Origin: Botryllus schlosseri
Lineage: Eukaryota
DNA: 62,000 bases
Direction of reading: 5' to 3'
NCBI GenBank assembly: GCA_051294905.1
Contig: CM119373.1
Location: 186,001 to 248,000 of the forward strand
The notes beneath the pieces are model-generated. The model saw only the letters and a program-made list of their open reading frames with translations, was not told the origin of the DNA and did not search any database. The stretch's first letter is position 1. Each line of letters starts with the position of its first letter. The position numbers and the translations under genes were made by a program. Shown in pieces: positions 10,747 through 24,245 of the stretch.

Positions 10747-12627
10747 CAGTGGTTCTTAACCTTTTTTCCTCCAGCGCCCCCTTTCAAAGATTATCGGGCT
10801 CCAGCGCCCCCCAACCTCATATTGTAAGGAATGTACCAAAGACAATGAGTAAGAGGGAGGGCCGTAACAGAACTTCGTCAACTCCCCTAAAAACGATTGC
10901 CTTGCGCACCCATAGCGTGATACACCAAACTTCTGAGGGCTTCGCCCCAAGAACCCCGTAACGTGATTTCGATGGTCAGCAAAGTTTGTGTGGCCTAGGC
11001 CCGGTCGCATTAGGTGCCAAAATATTCTATAATCCATAAATGGATAGGTGGTAATCACATATATATGTCGCTATAAACTTTTTATCCTCTCAGCCCACGT
11101 AATCAGATTTACTAGTAGCGCTGAGCTGTTGTATTGGAAAATAAACGGCACGTAATTAATAATAAATATATTCGGGCGTGCCCGTAGGTACAAATAATTC
11201 GTTACCAGAGCCGTAACAGCACTTCGTCAGCCCCCAAAGAAACGTTGGTCTTGAGTCCCCCGTAGGGAGATAAACCAAACTTCCGGGGGGCTCTACCCTC
11301 AGAGCCCCCTTCGGCTATCCGCTATTTATTGATACTGGTCATCTACATTGGGTGAGCATTTACTGAGCCAGCTATTCTCGCCTAGACGCGCAAAGCGCGA
11401 AAAATTTCAATAATTATTGATTGAATTGGTCAATATGATCGGGAAGTGCATATATATTATTATCAATTTTTATCCTTTCTCTGCTCACGTAAACAGATTT
11501 ACCGCTAGAGCTGAGTGATGTGTGATTGAAAGGGTAGGATCCCTCAATAATAATTATACATCTTAGGGCGTATACCCGTTGGCAGGAACGAAACGACACT
11601 TCGTCAGGCCCGCCGAAACAACTTTGGTCTTGGCCTTCCATAGGGTGATAAACCGACCGCCCCCCATCACGTTGTTCGCTTTTGCCACGAAATCAGCTGT
11701 ACTGTTTAGCGAGACAGTGCGAAGCGCGAAAATTTTCGATAATTCACGATAAAATCGGTCAATAAGATCTGGAATTGCATATAGGCTATATTGCTATCAA
11801 TTTCTTGTCCTCTCCGCTCACGTTACCAGATTTACCGGTAGAGCTGAGTGAGGTGCAATGTTCCCTCTAAGCTGCACACGTGCGCAGTGCTGACACGGTC
11901 TCTGCGCACAAAAAATCTACGTTGCGCACAACAAATCTGAAGTTATGACCTTATTTTAGTCGTTACGCACTGTTGTCCAAGGGTCTGCGCAGTGAGTTTG
12001 TGAGTGTGCGCAGACTCGTCAAAACGTAGAGGGAACATTGTGAGGTGTCTTGGAAACTGTAGGGCCCGTAAGTAATAATTAAACATAGCCGGGTGGGCGG
12101 ACCCGTTGATATGACTTCGTAGCATGATGTTATTTCGTGACCTCCTGTCTGCTATATCAAAAAATATAGAATCGCCCAACAGGGATATCGCCCAACGGGT
12201 ATATCTAGTTCTACATATCCCTGTCGTCCAATCGTACTAAACTAAAAGACGTACACGCTTTCAAATTGGTATTTCTTCACTGATGGCATATTATTTTTTC
12301 CTGCCAGATGGAATTCGTCTTCTGAGGTTCAGATTGCCAAGACAGGAACATTCGGTGCCAGTCATTTAGGCGCCTATGGACAATTAAATCTTTATGTATT
12401 TTGTAGGCTATAAATAACGAAGTTTTCGGTGTAAATTCGCTCTGAATATACTCATTAAGGATATGTCCTACTACCACATCATCTACTGTGATGCTATTTT
12501 TCTCCAGCGCCTCCCATACCGCCCCCCTGAGCCCAGCGCCCCCCATATCGCCCCCTTAGCGTTTCCGCCCCCTTCAAAATCGCCAGCGCCCCCTGGGGGG
12601 CGCTGGAGGCAAGGTTAAGAACCACTG
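10747..12627. mobile_element. Non-autonomous hAT (Buster/Charlie-like) element
   Basis: TIR CAGTGGTTCTTAACC / GGTTAAGAACCACTG; perfect 8-bp TSD CATTAGAT. Confidence 0.92.
11856..12040. mobile_element. Small MITE
   Basis: TIR CAATGTTCCCTCTA / TAGAGGGAACATTG with a TGAGGTG duplication; a related copy lies at ~21617-21808. Confidence 0.85.
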
Positions 12628-13922
12628 CATTAGATGAAATACCAATAGAGTGGTTACTTTACTATTTTTCGAAATTACAATGTGATATAGGTTTTGGTCG
12701 TCCGGGTCTTGAGTCATATGACTTGGTCTGAGTCATTACATGAATTGACTCGAGTCGAGTCATTTCCGTATTTTGAGAAAATGACTTGAGTCAAGTCGAG
12801 TCATCAGAAAATCGCAACTCGAGTCATAACAATGACATCCCTGGGTGTTTCCACAAGTTAATTTGATCGGCATGTTGCATAACTACGTATCGCTAGTTCA
12901 GAAGCTCTCCACACTCAAGTAGACGTAGTACACTGTAAAAAATCTGGTAGATTTACTGGGAAATCTCTGTAAATTTTACCACGAATTACCGGACGCAGCC
13001 ACTTACTGCGCGTAGCTTGTCATTTTACATTTTGATATGTAATATTACCTTAATATAGCTGTAAAGTAAGTTACCAGAATTTCTTCGCAAAATTACTGAC
13101 AGTTACTCGTTACTGCAGTTTACCGGGCTATTGGCAAAATTGATTAGCATCAAAATCGCTGCAGCCAGTGTATACGTAGAACTGAATGTTACTGATATAT
13201 CATTCTAGAGGTGATTTGACCTGATTGAACCTCGTTTGCGAGACTGGGGTCTGTCACACCGAAATTGTTGGCCCTAGTATCAATTTAAGCTTAGTAGGGT
13301 ACAAGAAATAACTGACAATCGTAGCTAATGTGGTATACCGTAGCCATATTATATTATAAGGCAATGGCTGTACGGCAACTACGGCCAGTCTCGCTGGTTA
13401 CATTCGTTGTCACGGATAAGGCTGATAAGTTAGAAAATTAGTTCAAAATGTATAATATTGCTCGGGGAAACTAGAAATATCAGCACCGCATGCTCAGCAG
13501 ACCATTTGTTAATGGCGGACAAGGCGACCTGTAATAGGTTACATTAGGTGACTGCTTTTTCTGAGATTCGTAGTAAACAACCAACGCACAACTGTGACAT
13601 CACAAGCAACGTCTGGTTAGGTAAGTACAGTAAGTAGTGAACAACACATAGAATATATATCAATTTATACGAAATTAGATGAAAAAAGGGACTATGTTAG
13701 GGTTACCATATTTTGGTGAAGCAAATTCCGGACACTCTTTAGCGCCCACTAGCGGGTTTTAAAATGAGTTGTAACTCATTGACCGTCAATATGACGTCAC
13801 ACTGGAAAAGCATTGTCCATCGACTGTATTGTATACACTATACAAATACAGTGATGGAGTGGAACATAGGTCATGAATTGGGCCTTCTGTAATGTGAGCT
13901 CTGGTGATTGCTACTTGCTAGG

Positions 13923-15144
13923 CCGTGGTTCTCAACCTTTTTGACCTCGCGGCACCCTTTGGAAATGAAAAATTGTTCGCGGCACACCAGCACAGCCGTT
14001 CTGAACTTTTTTGGCTTACAGCACCTGCGAACTACCAGAATACTCAACTGATTCGACTTCAGTAATAACGCTGAATAATGTGACCACCTCTGCAGTCAAT
14101 ACAAGATGTTTCTGCGTTAAATTGAACAGTTTTCGCGAAAACAAAACAATTTATTGAATTTTATCACAGACAAAGTCAGTGCGAAATTTGCGCTTGACTT
14201 CTAGCGCATATCCTTTCAATGTCTGGACGCACATTTGATAATGCTACTCTCATCTCTTCTTCAACGGCAAGTAATCTCTCCCTTTTTTTGGTTTTTATAT
14301 TGACTAGAACGGAAAATCCGGTGTCGCACAAATACGACGTGGAAAATTGAAGTAAAATGACAATTGCCTTTATTGCAACAAACAATTGCCTTTATTAACC
14401 ATTGCATCCACGTAAGCGGTGTCTTACAAAAAGCCTGGAAGTGGGCAGATACGGAATCAAAAATACGGAATATCGGCCTGGTGTAAATGACCATAATAGT
14501 CGACAAACACCATGAATAGCACAAACAACAACAACCATCGCATCGAAGAGGTCAAGCACGATCGCCACAAACGAATACAGAGGCGTAGGCTATACAGTAC
14601 ATTTCCACGCAGATCGCGTGAGGATATAGCCATACCTCAATAGTTCTACTGGCAGCCACCTGCAGTTCAATATATTTCCAACAAACCAAGTTAATAACCT
14701 CAGCGGCGAGGAAGTTTGTTAACTATTACATTTTGATCAACCTTACTTCTCAATTCTCATATTAATCGCCGGTAGCACAACGATAGTGCTATACAAGCCT
14801 AAATTTTAGCGAAAATGCCGCGACGCTACCTAACAGGTCCTAACAATCGCAGTGTGGATTGCTATGTCCCTTTCAAAGGAGTTCATTTCTCGCTGGTGAT
14901 TGGGGAGACAATAAGGATTAGAATTCAGCCATCAAAGCACGCGAGATGGGTAAAGGTAATTCGCGGCGGATATTGATTACGAGCATATGTCAAATGTGCA
15001 TACAAACTTCACATCAAGCTCGATTTTACGTTGATGATCGTGTGGATTAGACTAGAATTATTTTGCGCCTAATTTCAAAATTTCGATGAAATCGCTCGCG
15101 GCACACTTGCAAGACGTAAACGGCACACCGGTTGAGAACCACTG
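13923..15144 (-). mobile_element. Buster/Charlie-type hAT deletion derivative
   Basis: TIR CCGTGGTTCTCAACC / GGTTGAGAACCACTG flanked by TGCTAGG on both sides; carries the transposase C-terminus. Confidence 0.88.
14176..14375 (-). pseudogene. hAT (Buster/ZBED5/FAM200-like) transposase C-terminal fragment
   Basis: ILLQFSTSYLCDTGFSVLVNIKTKKRERL...MRVALSNVRPDI...QAQISH* matches the Buster-family C-terminal pattern. Confidence 0.88.
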
Positions 15145-18009
15145 TGCTAGGGTCTGCAGTAGATTCCTCCACCCACCGGATGAAATCATCTGGAGGGCCG
15201 TGTCTGGCCTTTCAGAGTTGTGTTTGGCAGTCCTGCTATACTGTTAGGTCGGTGGGCTATCTCTAGATGTGTTTTAATCAGATCCGAAACAACATTTTTC
15301 TCCTCTCCCTTTTCGGCCCAAAAAAGCACTGATCTTGGGCCCACCATAGGATTGTCGATGTAACTTGTTGGACACTTACTATATACATTTGGCTGTTAAA
15401 TTTTATGTATGAATTCTGCCAATAAGATTGATTCTTCCATATATTAGGCTACTATAAAATGCACCAGCAGGTTGCACATCCGGTTATTTCCAACCCGCTT
15501 CTATGGTCGCGACCTCATTTTCCACTTGAAAATGTTCCGTGGCAAAGCTCAACATCATCGCGATCCCCAGATAAAAGCGAACGACACCAAGATTTGGAAC
15601 CACTGTCTGTGATTGAAGCATCCAATCGGCCTTAACCAGCTCCAGGAATATACCATTAGCTAATAATTGCGATTACAATCAGACTTATTTTAGTAAATTA
15701 TGGTTATTTATTTTACTTTTGATTGCATTTTTGGAGAGGGTGGTGCCTGCTGCCATACTAATATCATTATACGTTGCATTAACTCGCGCGCGGCGCGAAG
15801 AACAGTTTTGAATAGCATAAATCTGCTTGAAAATATAATATTGTTTATGTTGATTTACGAAAAACTTTTGAGCCTGCTTCAAGCCTTCAAAATTCCGGAC
15901 ATTTAGGCATATTTTAGAAATTCCTCCCGGACGCAGATTTTTCACTGAAATTCCGGACATGTCCGGGAAATTCCGGACGTATGGCAACCCTAGACTATGT
16001 GCAATGCTAAATGTTTCTGTATGGAAAAAACGGACCCAGATCAAACATTATAACGTGGCCAGTAAATATTATTGGTGTCATGTGTCAGCGGATGAATACC
16101 ATTTATTTCGAAATCGTTCGAGTGTCGTCTGGCCAGTGGCCATTAGTGAGATTTGAGCAAAGGGTGGAGCGAAGCTTGTTGTGCTTGAAGAAAGTGGACG
16201 CGATCGTTGAAGATTCCTAGGAATGCTGAATGGAATACGCATCTTCAAAGGTAATACAGTACTACATAGTATTTGTTACCGTGAATATCTGACTCTGCAC
16301 ACCTGCCCTCGATGACTTAGATTTCATGATTGATATATTTCATTCGCCGCATTCTCTGTTCTATTTTGGGATATTTGTCGACTTATATACTGACCACATA
16401 CTCCGCTGCGAAGGAGTTGAAACTGTTGGCTTGGTAATGTCATTTTCGGGCCATAGCATAGATATGTTTTCATCCACTGCTGGATTTGTTTGCCACACAA
16501 GCCACCTTAAATTAGGAACCTTTTGCTTCAATACAGAGATAAAGTCATGAATCTCTGCTATGTCATGTAAAAGGCGGAGCCGTCATCACACAATGTGCCA
16601 GTACCGGTACTTCAAAACATGTTATATTTTTGTTAGCCCATTTGTCTTAGTCTTTATAATGTCATGTCCACTGTCCAGGTTAGGAACTTTGCTTTATATA
16701 GCGACTTACGCATGAATTCTTTTTAGTGGAACTGCAAGATACTACTTACACAGAAGGAATGAGAACGAGAAAAAGAAACAATTGGAAGTTTGGCCGGTGG
16801 TGGAATTAATTCACGTTTTCTTGAGACCACTCGTGTTACTGCATGTCTTCTAAAGAAGAATTAGACCTCCAGCAGCAATATTTTTCCATCGATAACCACT
16901 TCATCGTGATATCATGAATGAATATACAGTTTGTTCCAATGTCGTTTTGGGGATGTGAAGAAAATGTTGCGATATTTTTGCATCGGGTTGCTTTGCGATA
17001 GGTATGGATGTACGTGAATTGACAAGCTGGTATGTAATCCTGATTTACAGGGACAGCATGTAGGTAGGTAGGCGGTAAAATGACAGTCTCGATCGCAAAT
17101 GTACAGGAGAACATGTAGATTAGATATACCGGAGGTGACTGTAACATTACAGTCTGGCGTGTAAAGTGAGATTACCGGACGAGTGTAAGTTAAATTTACA
17201 TTGACTAACGGTAATGTTAGATTACCACGAAATGTCTGGCTACCGTGCTTCCAAACATTTCGCGGTAAATCGAGGTTTTTATTTTTTACAGTGTAGTTGA
17301 CCGGAAGATAACTGGACATCGAGTGTTTGCTGGCTACTGACACTATAGATAAGGTAAATGAGTCCCCATTAATTTCTTTTAAAGAAGCTTTAGTAGGAGT
17401 GGACAGTCCGACGTTATTTCATGAAACACCGTCCAATTTTGCCTATGGATGCGGTAAGGGGTTGACAAGCTATTCCTTCAGCTGATGCTCTATTCTCGTC
17501 AAAATGTCCGCTGCACGACTGTTGTAGATGAATAAAGCTGGCATGGCTGAACTCTGCATTCACATTATCCCGTTGTTGGTAGTACCAGTTCATCGAAAGG
17601 TTTGTCAAAGGTATTACAACATGGACTCGTGCTCTTGCTTAGCTTCATCGTTCTTTTCGAATCCCGTAAAACACCTTTTCGTGTCCTTCCTCTCGACAGC
17701 TCTTCTAAACTTCTAGAAGATAAAACGCACATTTTGATGATGAGCGCAGAAAGGTTATTTCATTTGTTGCGTTTCAACCTGCTTGAGCGATTCTCCGTCC
17801 GATCTGTACAAAACCCAAGCCGCAGTCATTGGAAATATCAGCGGCGTGGTGAGAGCCATCAGCCATCCAAGCGCGTTAGCCCACGCCGGGTACACATACG
17901 TTTCGTACTCCAGCGTCTCGTAAAGCGACAGTGAGTAAAATGTGAGTACCTAAAACGCAAGGAAGTTCCAATTGATGTAGCCCGTAAATGCCAATGCTTC
18001 TCTTGCTAC

Positions 18010-18222
18010 CAAACATATCGCTGGTCCAACGTATCGCCACGTGTAATGAAACAAATGGCGTGCGATGCCTAATTTGTAATCAACCATGTTTTCAATTAGG
18101 TCGCACATGTTACCGGTGCCGTATATCCAGCCGATTGCGATAAATTCCCAAAACGAGAGAAAGAACCTGCACCATCCTGTCGCTCCGTAATTGGTAAAAA
18201 TCTCCAGCACGTATATACCTCC
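18010..18222 (-). CDS. SLC6 exon (TM10-TM11)
   Basis: GGIYVLEIFTNYGATG...EFIAIGWIYG...WRYVGPAICL; 213 nt with AG/GT boundaries. Confidence 0.85.
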
Positions 18223-18986
18223 CTGTTAATACAGATATCTCGTTGATGCACACTTCGTCACTTCGTTTTAAGGAATATCAATGATGCCTCAGCGTTAAAA
18301 GATAACAAATCTAATTGTGGGGATAGGTTGCGGCAGTTACGGTCCTGGTCATATGTCATGAATAATATGCCCAATAAATGTAAGAAGCAAACGTTTAAAT
18401 CGAAGTGGCATAGAATGTCGAAGTATCCACTCCGAGTATTTGGGACACATTTGGTAGGAAGCTTCTCTTACAAAGCACATTTTGAGTCAGCCCAAAAGCT
18501 ATCAATTAAAATATTATCTTGTTGAGCACCTGGGAGTGGGACCCCAACAGAAAAATTGTTTAATCGTCAGTGACGAAGTGCCAAATTTGATGGCGTCCGT
18601 CCTGACTCAATGGTTTTTGACTTGGCTTATGGTCAGATATAATTAGGCCAATTCCAAGTCAGGGAACCAAGGAGAATAGACGCCAAAATATGTAGACACT
18701 ACGTGCTACCATTGCACATGACTATTTTTGACAAAGCATTCCACTGAAAAAAATTTGACGCTAGGCGCGTTTTGCTTCCAGCACATAGTACTTCCTCTGG
18801 GTATTATCCAGATGTCATGTTTGAGATATCTTTCAACATTGATAACTATTTGTTAACTAAAACACTAAAGATTTTGACCTAAAAAAAAACTTAATTTTGA
18901 CATGATATATGTAAACAACTTTTTTTCCACATTATGTTTCCACTTATCGTCATTTCTGGTCAGAACTGTCTGTCCCCACGAAGGGT

Positions 18987-19247
18987 ATTTATTGTGTTTG
19001 CCGACTGCTATGGTCATTTACATCAGGCCGATATTCTTCATTTTTATTCCGTAACTGCCGACTTATAGCACGGCCCACTCCAGGCTGATTGTATGACACC
19101 GCTTACGCGAATGAGGTGACGAGGAGGAGACTAGATAAACCTCCAACACTTAGGCATAGGAATTCCGAAGTCGACCTCGGACGGGCTCGAACCCGCAACC
19201 CATTGGTGTTACAGCCGCGGATTATACCACTGCGCTATCTCGCCACC
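18987..19247 (-). mobile_element. tRNA-derived SINE (intronic)
   Basis: Minus strand: A-box TAGCGCAGTGG, CTGTAAC anticodon-like loop, B-box GGTTCGAGCCC, ~190-nt body ending in AATAAA. Homologous to 32717-32950 and ~14410-14512. Confidence 0.85.
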
Positions 19248-20126
19248 ATATCCTTACGAAGTAGTTTGTCGCGAAAAAAAAAACTTTTTTGACTTGAAAA
19301 CTGTCAAATGTTACATGAAAAAGCTATATTTCATGAAATCTGGACCTATGAAGAATTCCAGTAGTTACATCACGCCTTATGGTAGAAATATTCTTGAAAA
19401 TATTTGTAGTACAACGAAAGATACTAAGTATCTTGCCAAGGATGCAGAAAGAGCGTAGAACAGCCGCAGTTGTTGGCTGGCAACACTGAAGTTGTGGGTA
19501 CATTGCTCAATTGCTGGTGACAAACCGTGTTGCTTCATTCTGGCAATGTAGTCCACATCACAATTTTTCATCGTGCTCTTCTTGATATAAAAACCAATGC
19601 CTATGCAGTCTTGCTTCAGTTAGGATATTGCGGTACGTTGAGCATAACGCTATGTCAACCTACTTGTTTCATTTGACCCTTTATGATTCACAATGTGCAT
19701 ACAATGGGCCGTCTACAACTATAGGCCTATCATATAGACTACAAACAGTAAAGTGTTAAATGATAAGTTCATCCATAGCCTTTATATAGGCTATAGTTCA
19801 TCGACAGCGCAAACATCCACGATAATAACGCAATGCAGGTTGCAAAAGAATATTGACTTCGTAAACCCTTTTTACAATTTTTTGACCTAACGCTACAATT
19901 TTGACGTATTTTGACTTGTCGAAAAAAAAATCGCCCGAGTGATAGTCTTCAAAGGCATCCATCTATGCTTTGAGATTGTTAACACCCTGGTTGTTCTTTT
20001 TAATATTTTTTGACATGACGATAAGGGGGCACGATTTTTTTTTTACAATCGCAATCACTGTTTTAGCATATTATGGCGTCATAATAGTGTTAAAGGTGTT
20101 GAAATTTATTGCAGTTCTATTTATAC

Positions 20127-20569
20127 TAGGCTTACCATATTTTGGAAATCAAAAAAGAGTACACTTTTTCAGAAATTTTCAACTTGCAAAACCGGAGTAA
20201 AATTCTCAAAAACCGGTTAATTTTTCCCACTTTGTGATCGGTTGACTAAAAAAAAAAAAAGTCATCACTTCTGCTCAGAGCTCAAAATAACGTTTTTTAC
20301 TCCACATTGCCAGGTGGATGACTAAAAAAAAATGTCATCTTTTCACTCAGAGCTAAAATCACCGTTTTTAACTCCGAAACACCCGCCGGAGCTTCACTTC
20401 TGTGCTAATATGCGGCACATCGCTCGCAATTTGCTCTAAATCTGACTTAATTTTCAAAAAAGAGGACAAAATCTCAAAAAAGAGGACAAAAGGGCGTCCT
20501 CCGAGGACACTTTCAAAAAAGCCAAAAAAGAGGACAAATCTTCTTAAAAGAGGACGTATGGTAAGCCTA
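20127..20569. mobile_element. hAT-type MITE (TAGGCTTACCATA family)
   Basis: TIR TAGGCTTACCATA / TATGGTAAGCCTA; TSD ATTTATAC; GAGGAC subterminal repeats. Confidence 0.93.
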
Positions 20570-20942
20570 ATTTATACCACAACATAGAGACAATTTGGTG
20601 TTATTTTGACCATGCTTATTTCATTTCACTCAGTAGTAATACTGTTAGTCGACATAAATCTCATTCTCACTGACGTGCGTATGGATTTCTACCATATGTT
20701 TGATATTCTGAGATCGAGGCGGCCACATTGGAGAGAGAGAGAAAAAGAGGGAGGGAGGGAGAGAGACGAACGAAACTTTCGTGGCCAAATTAACTTATGA
20801 TGAAATGTAGCGAATCATTTCACTACTCGAAAGAATCCACTCTCTCTCTCTGCCCGACTCTGATCGAATCATTGCGCCCATCCGTAATCGTTGCGTGGTT
20901 CTGAATGCTCATGTTCATGCCCGTCTTAATCATTATACTTAC

Positions 20943-21286
20943 GGGTGTTATCATGGCCATCCCAACCAACATCATCAAAAATCCAGTAACGGCGAACCAA
21001 ACCTCAGTGGCGTACGTAAAGCGAAACCACTTTGGGAGTAAGTCTTTCATACAGCACACGAAAGCTTCATGATGCACAAACTGTAACAATGAGACATTAC
21101 ATTAGGCCCACCATTTTTTCCAACAACTCGTCGCTTGCGCACCAAACTGTCGAAACCGATTAGCAGCATCGTGGTGAAAAATAACGGACACCAGAATTGG
21201 TGTCCTGGTAGCAGTGACATGGCGGTCGGATAAACGACGTATACGGGTCCGGGTCCCTTCTCTGCGATGTCTTCGATTGTCACGTC
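20943..21286 (-). CDS. SLC6 exons (EL4-TM8 21286-21143; TM9 21080-20943)
   Basis: IEDIAEKGPGPVYVVYPTAMSLLPG..W..LFF.MLLIGFDSL | FVHHEAFV...ITP; 62-nt GT-AG intron. Confidence 0.85.
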
Positions 21287-24245
21287 CTGAGAGAAAGATC
21301 TTGTTCAGTCGTGCGGGATGCTCAAAACATGGATCTGCCATCAGGAACAATCGGACTTAGTGCCCAACTGGACTAAATACACGGCCGTACTAAACACATG
21401 GTCGTAACTGCCGCACCCAAACCCCCCAAAATTATCAGTGATGACAGTTTTTAATCAACACCATGGAGATAACGTAAATGCGGGTGTCGAATCAAAGTGT
21501 TGATATTTCTTTTTTAGTCAACATACGAAGATTTCCCTAAATATATCAAAATCTGCTGTTTTCAACTTCGGTCAACTAACTTTTTATGTTTTGGTAAAAG
21601 TGTCCTTCTTGATAGGAGCAATGTTTGCTCTAATTTTTGACGAGTCTGCGCCCACACACCAACTCACTGCGCAGACCCTTGGACAACAGTGCGTAACGTC
21701 TAGAGAAAAAGATCATCACTTTAGATTTTTCTTTGTGCGCAACTTAGATTTTCTGTACGCAGATACCGTGTCAGCACTGTGCATTTGCGCAGCTTAGAGG
21801 GAAGATTGATGGGGAGCCCATTCCCAACGTTTTTTTGGAGGGGGGCTGACGAAGTGCTGTTTTGGTCCTGACTAAATAGAGCGAAATTTCAATTACATTT
21901 ATGAAATGTTTCTATGCTCTAATTTTAATTCCAATCTAATCACTGATTTTCCTGAAAGTGCTACAGGAGAACTGTAAGGTGTGGTGAATCGAGCCACGCT
22001 AATGAGAATGAATTCTGATTTGATATGAAGTGAAATTGATTTTTGTCGTATATATCTTTCGAATGCGCAATTGAATTTCTAAGATCTTGCGCATTCGCTA
22101 ATTTTAATTTTAGTCTTATTTATAGGAAAAATGATTTCAGTCTCAGGAAACAGCGAGCAGACGGTTGAATTGCGTACAGAGATAGTGTGCAAGGACTACT
22201 GCAGTAAGCGAATAGAATCTAAACTGAGCAGGTTTATGGACTATACATGAATGTCGACGGATAACGTGGGTATAGTTGATTACAGGTAGAAATATGTCGA
22301 AAAGTATGGTGCAATATGGTAATACTGTATTATAACCGTAGGGACAGTTTTGACGGCTAACGACACCCAAAATCCGTAGGATCAGGTCTGGTTTCGGTTA
22401 TAATCTAATCGTATCTAGGTTGTTCCAAGCGAGGAAGTCTCTTTTGGTTTGCAGATTTTTGGTAAACTGATTCATTCAACTTTAATCGAAACGTATTGCT
22501 TAGTCATCTATTTATTCATAAGATGTATATCGTATACATACATGATTTTTATAAGAGCAATATAAAAAACTCATCTCAATATAGTTGTATAGCAATTGAT
22601 CGTTACGAACACATAACATTTGACATCTGTAGGATGCCAGGGAACTCAGTTTACAATATTTTGGAACCGGGAAAAAGTTACACTTTTTGAAAATTTTCAA
22701 ACACAGAATATTGGAGGAAAATCTTGAAAAAATGATGAATTTTCCCCACTTCGTGGTCGGTTGATTAAAAAAAGCTCAAATTTCCAGCTCAACTCCAGAA
22801 ATACAGTTTTTCTTCAACAGTTTACGACGGCTGACTAAAATAAAGTCGCCACTTTCGTTCGAACCACGGATTTCCTATTTAGCGTCATTCATGCCCATTT
22901 TCACTCGAATCTATATACAATATTTTGGCTCTAAGAGCTGTAAAGGAGGACGAATTGCCAAAAAGGAGGACATTTAGGCGTCCTCGGAGGACATTTTCAA
23001 AAGTCTGAAAAATGAGGACAAATCCTCCTAAAGGAGGACGTATGGTACCCTACAGGGAACGAACTTGTTATATATTGTTGAAAATGATGATTTTCATGTT
23101 ACATGAGACATTGTTAAACTGTTGCATATATTGTACATATTGTATATTCGTTGTATACTGTACTAGTGTTTGGAATATTCTGGAACTTTGTTAGATAACC
23201 GCTGGTCTCCCTGTAGGAGTTTGAATGACTCATATTGAAAGTGTGCTGGTTTCTCGTGTAGGCTCTAGTGAATGTTTTGATACTTGGGTATAATTGGTTT
23301 GATTCTGGGTTACCTCGTGGTAGTACGATACGTCGCTCGCTGTATGAACAGGTCCGCTGTAATATACTCTGCTGTGTGTGTTGGACTGATGTCTGTCAAG
23401 TGTAAGAAATAGGGAATCTCAAGCCGTAGGTAGAACGGAGTAGATCCTGAATTCCATCATATATGAGGTACGTTAAACGTTAAATAGAAAATAGTAACAA
23501 ACCGTTTCTAGTGCCAAATGGCCCAGCACACTGAAGCACGCAAATCCCGCTATAAAACTCGTAGCCGCATTCAAAAACAGCAAAATGATGAGGTCCCTGG
23601 GAAATTGTGTTTCCGTTTTGTATAGTGGTTTTTATAGGAGTCTGAAGTAGGTGTTGCAAATGACTTTACCTCAAATAGTTATGATTGTAGGCGTTGAACT
23701 TGCTGAGAGTGGGTAGAGCGCCGCTACATAGTCCAAAGGAAATAGTACTTGAGCAGTTGCCTCCTTCCAGACCTGTTATGATCATAATTTCAACGTTTCG
23801 ATATAAAATAAAAACCGTTTTACGATTTAATCAACCTTGGTCCATATAAAACAGCGAACCGAGCTTTTCGGCCAAGGGCCATGCATGATATTTACGAACC
23901 ACGCATGTCACTCGAATGTTGATGAGCTTTTTAGTCGTCCGCTAATAGCAAACGGTGCAAACAATACTTTTATTACTATATACATCAAAATCCATAACAA
24001 TCATGTCCTGAAGACTGAGGGTGGGTTTCAAAAAGTTGTCTTAATTTAGACCTGGCTTAAGGCCAGTGAATGACTTGGCCGAGACGCCAGGCGACGGCGG
24101 TCTTAATTCGGTTTCAAATGTCAATTTGGCGCCGCGCTCGGCCAAGTCCGTTAGTTGCGAGTAATTACTGTCTACTTCGTCGCTGTAGCGAGTTCAACAC
24201 GGAACCGAGGCCAGATTGTTATTGTTTTGAGTTGCTCGTGGATGA

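Larger units (their letters stand above)
10453..12843. mobile_element. Non-autonomous hAT element, GACTCGAGTC-rich family (CAGGGTTGTAA ends), host of nested insertions
   Basis: CAGGGTTGTAACC at 10453 and ...CCCTG at 12843; many GACTCGAGTC palindromes; degenerate TSD GATGCTTC/GGTGTTTC. Confidence 0.75.
13698..15992. mobile_element. Non-autonomous hAT element (TAGGGTT-type)
   Basis: TIR TAGGGTTACCATA / TATGGCAACCCTA; perfect 8-bp TSD GACTATGT; subterminal TCCGGAC repeats. Confidence 0.92.
12931..17293 (-). mobile_element. Decayed CACTA/EnSpm-type DNA transposon with nested hAT insertions
   Basis: TIR CACTGTAAAAAAT / ATTTTTTACAGTG, 2-bp TSD TA, subterminal TTTACC-type repeats. Minus-strand remnants resemble an N-terminal Cys/His finger (~16920-17070) and LCDDGSAF (~16570-16600). 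Confidence 0.75.

Noticed and set aside
19175..19247. Functional tRNA-Tyr gene
   Set aside because: The acceptor and anticodon stems do not pair well and the head continues into a repeated SINE body.
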